Positions 9,602-18,600 of a stretch of 64,000 bases of DNA are shown one piece after another (the stretch's first letter is position 1; the number at the start of each line of letters is the position of its first letter). Source of the DNA: a virus. The notes under the pieces are model-generated. The model saw nothing but the letters and a program-made list of their open reading frames with translations. It had not been told where the DNA came from and did not search any database. The stretch spans positions 1 through 64,000 of the IMG/VR virus record IMGVR_UViG_3300023281_001229; one strand, given 5' to 3'. Position numbers and translations under genes: made by a program.

Positions 9602-12600
9602 TAGTAACATTTTTTTAAGTGTTCAACAATTTGATCATTAGATTTTTTTGGATTTGCTAATGCTTCCTCAATATACTTTAAAGCATTAACAACTTTAAAT
9701 TTCTTAGCAAAGTTATCTAAAATACTTTGTTTTTTAGATTCATCAAGCAAACCAAATTTAAAAAGATCGGCATACTCTTTTACAGAAGCTGCGGAACCCT
9801 CAACAATATTCACATCTGTTTTTTGATTAATATAATAATCTAAAACAGTAGCGTGAGAAGGCATCCCAATATCTTTATAATATTCTATTTTCATACCTTT
9901 TAGTTCGCCAGATTCAAAAGCATCTAGTAATGCTTTTCTATAAGGCTGCTCTAATTCAGTAAACATAGTACCTTCTAACCATCCAATAAATTCTTTTGTT
10001 GCCTGTCCTACAGGTTTACCTTCTGCAGAAATAGGATTACCAATAGAATTATATTCATTAAAAGAACCTAATAAATTAGCTTTAGATGCACGGTACGCTT
10101 TTATAACAGACTTATCTTTCATATTATTCCAGATGTTCTCTACAATCTCTACATTTTCAGAAGCCGTTTCAAAACCTAACTTATCATATATATCTTCTAT
10201 AGTTTCTTTTTTTACTTCAACTACAGGAGATTGCTTTTGAGCTTGATTCCTTAAATTCATAAATACTTGCTCTACTAAAGAATCAAATAAAGAAGTTGAA
10301 CTTTTACCTAGAGTTAATAGACCAGCAGAAGAATTTTTTAACTCATACCGTAGTTTGGCTTCATAACTTATTTTTCCTTTTGTTAACAAACTTTCGCTTC
10401 TTATAGCATCTACTATCATCGTGTAAACCACTTCGTATCCTGTTTTCTCTTTTAAACCTGAAGATAACTTTTCGAATTTTTTTGGTTGTTTCCTAGCCAA
10501 ACCTCTATCTACACCATTAGTTAAAACAACTTCATATACTTTATCTAATAGTTCATTATATACAGAATTATTAGTTAAATACATTGTTTGCTCTGTAGGC
10601 TTATAAAAATCATGAACCACATCTTTCAAATTTTCGCTTTTTACCATTTCAAAATAAACTCCAGCTTTTGTATATTGCCTAACCGCAACGTAGCCGTTAT
10701 TTTCTAAATATTGTTTAGCTAAAGCATCTATTCCAGAGTAGTTACCAACTATAAAAGTTTCAACTCCCGCCTTCATAGCTTTATCTATCATTTTTTGATG
10801 ATATGAATTAAAAGTGTTTTTAATTTTTTCAAGGTATATTTTAGCACCATTTGTTTCATTATTGTAAGCACGCTCAACCATTCCTGATCCAAATATCCAA
10901 ACTACATCTTTACTTGTAAACTGTTTTTTCCTAGAACTTTTATCAGCCAATACATTCCTTTTTCCAAACTCGTCTTGTTTTAAAACAGATACATATGCTT
11001 CAGAAGTTGATTCATAAACTGGATTTAAAGCTTTTGTAGACGCTCCTATGGCTTTACTAGAACGATTAGCCATAGCTTCATCCTTAACTGTGTTTAAACC
11101 TTTTAAAACAGAAGATCTTTCAATAGATAAACCTTGTCCAATTTCTTTACGTTGAGCAATTAAATTTGGTAGTTCACCAGTATTATCAATTCCAATTATT
11201 TTTAAAGCATTATCGAATTCTTCTTGAGTAAGAAGGTCAGGTTGTATCAATTCAGGAATTAACATTTTTTCATTAACAATAATTAAATTTGCTCCTTTAC
11301 TTACTTTCATTACTTCCTCAACACTAAGCCTTCCACTTATCATAGTATCAAGTATTATGTCAGCATTAATTAAATAACCTCCTTCAGTTCTCTGAATTGA
11401 CCATGCCTCTTCATAAGACTTTGCTACAGTAATTAAATTTTTACCTCTTTTTAGTGTTACTTTTTTTGCTTTAGAAAACTGTAAATTGTTTATAGTATAG
11501 TTATGACCTCTTACTTTTTGCGCTTTTTTACTTAAAGCGTCATTAAATAATTGAGCAAATTGATCTATAATTTGACCATCAATTTCTTCCCTAGAAACAT
11601 TATTTTTTATTAATGTATTTACATCATCTAAAACACCATTAATATATTTTATTCCTATAGACTGATCAATAATTTTTTCTAGCTTAGTTTGATCTGTTAA
11701 TTTAGTCAATGCATATTTTGATTTTACACTTAAACCTGTTTGCATTATTGCAATGTGATCAAACTTTCCAAAAAATTCTTTAACTTCAGGATGAGGACTG
11801 TTTTTTAAGTTCGCAATATTTTCTCTATAAACTTGAGCCATTTGAGCATCTTGAATTTGAGAAAGATACATATTCATTTTTTTAAGAGGTTCGTTGTAAT
11901 CATATTTAATATCTCTAAAAAAAGCATAATTGTCAAGCTCGGTTTTATATTTAGAATGGATATTTTTTAAAATATTAGCAACACCTGAACCAAAATTAAA
12001 CATTGCCTCAGGATTACTTGTATTATAAAGAGCCGCTTTAGTTAAAATCATTGTTTTCCCTGTAGTTTCACCTTTATCTAAATAACTATTGCTTGTATTA
12101 TCAAATATTCCAAAAGTTTCTAAAAATTCTTCTTTTGTCATATCTTTAGAAACTTCTTGTAAATTAGACATCTCTATATAAAATTTAACAAAATCTTTAG
12201 GTTTGCTTATGTTAAAAAATTGCATTGCCGGAGCATTTTCTAAAGAACCAAATAAATTAACTACAGCTTGCGTAGACCATGTAACAACTCCGGTTTCTTT
12301 ATTAATTTCTATTTCTTTTAAGCCACCTTCTTCCTTTAAAGTGTAAGTCACACCTGGTAAAGATGTTTTATTATCTACAATGCTTGTACCTGAGGTTGTA
12401 TAAGAATCACCAGCATAAACGGCATTTTGATATAAAAACCAAATAAAGTCATCTTTAAATTGAGTTAATATTTTAGCCTTATCCATTCCTTTAGGAACGG
12501 TTATTCCTAATGATTTTAATATTAGTGCTGGATTATTTTTAACACCAAAATATTTAGAAAATAAATCAACAATAAATTTATCATTATCAAATTTGCCAAT

Positions 12601-15600
12601 AGGTGAATTTTTAACTCCTTCAAAAAATGAATTAGGTATAATTTTTTTATTAGCAGGTTTAGATTTAAATTCTTTTATTTTTTCTTGTCTATTTTGAGCT
12701 TCAGAAATAGAACTTATTTTTTGTGTATCAAACTTTTGTAATTGAGTAAATGTGTTTAAGTCTTCTGCCATTTCTTTAGCAGCTAAAAACGTAGCTAATA
12801 ATTCGATATCTCTAAAATCTATTTCTCTGTTTTTAAGACTTATTCTGTTTTCTAATTCTCCTTCATTAAATTCTTTAGATTTATTTACAATTAAATTTTG
12901 TGAATATTTTGAATAGCCCGCATTTTCTAATAAAGGCAAGTATTTTTTCATTATTTCTGTTAAAGCTTGTTTAGCAGGCTTACTGTATTCCCTGGCTTCT
13001 TCATCAACATATTCTGCTATAAGCGCGTCTAATTCTTCTACCTGATTTTCTTGAATAATGTCACCAAAAATACCACTGTACTTAGCCAAATTAGAATTAT
13101 ATTCCATTACTAAAGGGTTAGTCATCATAGAAATAATATTTCTTGGGCTGACACCCGCCATCGTTAAAAATAATATAGTAGGTGTATTTTCTTTATCACC
13201 TTGCATTTCCGCAATCCATGGTGAATTCGCAGCATCTACATATCCGTTTATTAATTGAGAAAGCAAATCAGAAATTAATTTACCATCAACATTTTCAACC
13301 ATCCCTAAAGACAACGCATTTTCTGAAAGAACTTCATTGCTTTCTAGTTTTAAAGTTTTACTTTGATATGACTCTACAATTTTTAAAGACTTAGACCAAA
13401 TTGCTGGATTAGTTCGAGAATTAGATTCAACAGTTAAAATCTTTAAAGCATCAACAAATTGTTTTTGATCTTTTGCTGAAGTAGATTGAAGAGTTGCTTG
13501 AAAAGTTGTAAACACTGCATAAAATGTACTAGCAACAGCTGCTATACCCAAAGAGTCTAAAGCAACAGACATTTCTTGATGCTTTAATAAATTAAATCTA
13601 TAGTCAAATATTTTAGTATTACCCCCTTGAGTTTTATCAAATGTTCTTTGAATTTTTTTACCAGCCTCTCTGGCCATATCTTCCCAGGCTTCAGTAGTAT
13701 TAGGTGATACTAATCTTGACATGTTACTTGGATCTAAAACTCTTTCTTGTATTAGATCAATTAATCTATTTTCTAAACCTTTAGTAGTTCTACCTTGTAA
13801 TTTTGCTTCTAGTTGAAACAATTTATTTTCAACTTCTTTTATTTTAAACTCAACTTCTTTTATAGGATCATTGTACCTTTTAAACTCTGCATCAACAGCC
13901 GCTCTTCGCTCTTCTTTACCAGAAATTTTAGTTTTGAAAAAATCACTAAGTACTTTTTCTAATTCCATTTCAGCTTCTGCTATATTTGCTTGGCCCTTTT
14001 CAATTTCTTCATTTAACAGTTGATGAAATTCTATTTTTTTACTAATACTATATTTGCCACTAGAATATACTTCTGTCTTTTGTTTATAAAGAACTTGTAT
14101 ACCATTTTGGTTTTTCTTTATTCTATCTATGTATTCTTGTGCTGCTTCATTAACATTACCTTTTTCTTTGAGATATTCAATGTATGAGTTTAAAAGCTCT
14201 TTTCTGTCTTCTTTAAGAACTTCTCTTTCTTCTTCTAGTTGTTCAATTGCTGTAAATATTACAACAGGATCTTCTTTTTGATTAGGAATATATTTAACCT
14301 CTTTAACTATACCGTATTTAGAAATAAAGTTTTTCATTAATGTAAACATAGCATCTACATCATAATCAGAACCTGTATTTACAACTACCTCTGCAGGCAT
14401 TATAATTATTGGTCCTGCTGCTTCTGGCAAAAACTCAGCTACTCTTGTAGCAATAAAAGCATTAGATCCTTGAGATGGTATACGCACCCCAGGAATATCA
14501 ATCATTTTACCATATTTTTCTAACCACACAGAATCTTTTATAGCTTTATTTAAGTTTGCTAACGAAGCCACCTCATCATAAATTTTTTCACCGGTTGCTG
14601 TATCTCTTGTAAAAACTTTTATTGGCTTATCATTATATTTTGTATTTAAAAGTTTTTTATATTCACCTTGCAAAGCAATCTTAATTTCCATTTCAGTAAC
14701 AGTATATAAACCAGTTTTTGGATCTTCTATATACTTTCCATTTTCATCTACAGCGAAGTGAAATTTTAAACCACTTGTTCCATATTTTTCGTGATCTTCT
14801 TTTGTACCAGTTTTATAATCATATGATTCCCACATTGCAGAACTAACCTGAGTTAATTTTTCACCATTAGATTTAAGTCGTCTTAATTTTTTATCTACAA
14901 GAGTAGTAAGTAATTCTTCTATTTTTGAACCAATCAACGAAAAAGATAAATCATCAATTAAAGTACCGTCAGGCTTAGAAATATAACTTATTTCTTCAGG
15001 TAATAAATCATTATCTTTTAGTTGTGTTTTAATATATTCAACTAAAGCTTTTGAATCACCCTCATAAACAGTATCGCCATTAGCATTTTTTACTTCTTTC
15101 ATTTGAATGTCTTCCAGTAAACTGCTTCTTAAAACAGCTTCCATTTCATCTAAAGTTTCAGTGAAATCTTGATACCACGCCCATTTTTTTGATTTTTCTC
15201 TTTTCTTTAGATTTGTAAGTTTTTCCCAATTTGATTTACGTTTAGGTGCATTGGGTTGAAAATCAAAAGGTACACCATTATCTAAAATACCATTTAACGC
15301 AATTTTTCTTAATTGAGTTGGTAAAGTAACATAACCTTTAAATCCTTCTTTAATAAATATTTGACTTTTAAGACTGTTTACATCAATTTCATTTATAGTC
15401 CATGGAACCGCTTTAGCTAAAAAATCATCATTTACTAATCTATCCTTTGCACTATAAAAATCATCTTCTATAGGAATAAATTTTTGCTTTTCTTCACTCC
15501 ACTCCACCTTAGTTAATGTAGATAATTTAGATCCAGAATTCATAGTAACATATGCTAATCCTTGCTCCATCATAGATTCATGCAGCTCAACTAACTTAGG

Positions 15601-18600
15601 TGCATTTTTAATAACTTCAGGAACCAAAGGCATCAAAGAAAATTTATGAAAGGCTGAATTAGCAAAATCTAAACCAAGGCCTCTTAATAAAGATTGAGTT
15701 TCTGCATTTGTTACTGCACCAAATGTCTGAAATTTTCTAACAGGAAATGTAACTTTTCGATCTTCTGAATTTAAAGTTTCTTCATTTAACATTTTTTGGT
15801 AAACACGCTCTTGAGGATCAGACCATTCATCTATGGAAATATTCAATAATCTGTATGCATCAAATGAAATCCAACCTTGACCGTCAGCTTCTTCCATTGC
15901 GCTGTAATCTTCTACATCTAAATCTAAATTTTTATATTGATTTTTAAATACAGCATCACTTATTATTTCTTTCATGACACCTGTACGCAGTTTTCCAGTA
16001 TATGTGTAATCACGAGTTACACCTTCTTTCTTATTATGTTTTTTAGAAAAGCCATCATTGTTAAAAGCTTCACTATTTATATACTGAAGCCATGCAGCAT
16101 CCCTTCTTACAATTTTACCTGTAGAAATAAAACCAGCAATTCTTTTATGAAATGCTTCTTTTTCAATATCATATACAGAAGCATCTCCTAAAAAAGTTGC
16201 ACTATAATCAGCATTAGATAAAAAATTATTAAAAATAAAAGAAGCATACATCTTAAATTTTATATCCTCTAAAGATTCTGTTTCAGACGTAGTATAAAAA
16301 GCAACCATGTTGTCTGAAAGAGGAATAGTTTCACCAAACTCTTTTATCATATTATCTGTCTTTCTTGCAAAGAAACCCATTAATTTTTTTTCAATTTCTT
16401 GAATTAAGTCATTTGATAATTTTGGACTATTGTTCCATTCATTTATAATTTCACTATTTGATAATAATTTTTTGCGTATGTTGGAATTTTTTGGAAAAAC
16501 AGCATCAAACATATATAATTCAGTTCCTCTATTTAATTGTTTAACATCAATAGCAATATCAGGAACAGAACCATCTTTGATTTTTTGACCTAACTCCAAA
16601 GACCTATGAACTCGGTGGATATCATTTACAATGTGGCCTATAAATTTATCATATAAAATTCTACCTTTATATTCATCAGTAAGCATTTGATCAATTTCCG
16701 CCTTGTTAATTGTTAAATCATATTGAGTCCTTGTTTTAGATTCTCCTGGTGCTTTAATATCAGCATAAACTGTTAATGAAGTAGATTTTGCTTCAGAGCG
16801 CATTATTTCTTGACGATTGCTTAATGTTAAATAAAAATCACCAATTACTTTTGTATTCTGATCTGAACCTATTTGAGATTCACCTTTATCATTTTCTATC
16901 TGAGAAATGATTTGCATTTTATCTTGCTCATTTAGCCCTGAATATTCAATAGCCTGAATAGCTTTATTACCAGATAAGTTTTTTACATGTAATTTAATAG
17001 ACACATCTCGCTTACCTCTAACCGATTTGTCATATTTAGAACCTAATCTAAACATGCTAGTTAACCAATTTGATGCTGCCACTTGCGAATTAAATTTAGG
17101 ATTCAAATGTTCTAACCCAGGAGTTGAATATAAGTCTTCTATAGAGGTTGCTTTATTAATAGAGTTAACCATTAACAACAAACTAGAATTAAAAGACTTT
17201 TCACTTTGCAAATCGCCTTTAGCATTACGAGCAGAAAAGCTAGTAAATTCATCAGCATATTCATATTGCGTTTCTCTTAAAGCTTTTCTTACTCCAAAAA
17301 TTTCAGGTTGTTCTTGAATTTTTCCAGAAGAATCTTTATACATAAATCCTTGAAATAATTGATTTAAATTACTTATGTATTGTCTGCTTGTATCTTTTTC
17401 CCATCGCTCATCAGCCTCATTCCAAAGAACTGCATTTAGCCTATTTGAAATATTATCAACTAAATATGCCATAATCGGAATATTAAAATTAGTTGATTCA
17501 TTATACAGAATCTCCATAACAGCTGGATCAGAACTCATCTCAATACCAAAAGTTTTTAAAAATTCAATTGGTTCCGCTTCAGCTGAAACTTTTCTATTTT
17601 TAGTATATACTCCTGTGCCTTGTAGTTTTTTTGATTTAGCTATTTGTGGACCTTGCCCAGATATTTTTCCAAAGTAAGTTCCTTGGCTTGAATCTATCCA
17701 ATCATCATAAACTTGTTGTAAATCTAATTTAGTAACTCCTTCTACTTGTTCAACATACTCATTCTCGTTTCTTAATAATTCAAAATTAAAATTAGAATTC
17801 CACTGTCTATCAATTATTAAATCTTCTGATTGAGCTTTTCCTACTTTAGATACAAGGTCAATTGTAGCTGTACCATCATCTTTTATCTTAATGTTATTTT
17901 GTAACATAAACTCTGCTAAAAGAACATCTGATTTATTTACTGATTGCCAGAAACTTGTCCACTGCTTATGTTCAAATGTAGTTAACTTATCAGCATGTTT
18001 AAGATCTGTTATATCCCCAAGCATATTAAAAATTTGAGCAATTTCTTTATCAGTTTTTGCTGCAATTTTTAATTTTTCTGACATCTCTTGAGCGTCTACG
18101 GTATTAGTTAAAAGTTTTGCTACTTTAGCTAAAGTGTTTCTAAAAGGAAGCAATCGCTGTACACCAATAGGATTTAACATAGGATCACCTTTACCCTGTT
18201 GAGTATAAGCCCTAACAGAAGATAACATGTTTATTGTAGCTTTAGACAAAGTTTTATCTAGCATTAATTCTTGACCACCTCTGCCCCACAAGACTTCCCA
18301 ACTTTCTGTATCTTCTTCTAAATCGTCTAATGTTAATTTAGAAACACTTTCCGGCATACCTGATAAATCTAAAGAACTATAATTATTTAAAAATGTAGAT
18401 AACAAAGTTGAATTTTCATCTTCATTTAAATACTTATTAAAATCTAAAGCTTCTCCAAAATTTTCTGATTTTAAGACTTTTTCTAAAAGTTCAGATTGAT
18501 AATTTAAAGAAACGCTTTCTCCAGAATTTGAATCTATATTTTTTAATTTTTCTTTAATTAAATTCAACTCTTGTTCAAATCTGGATTTAATAAAATTCAT

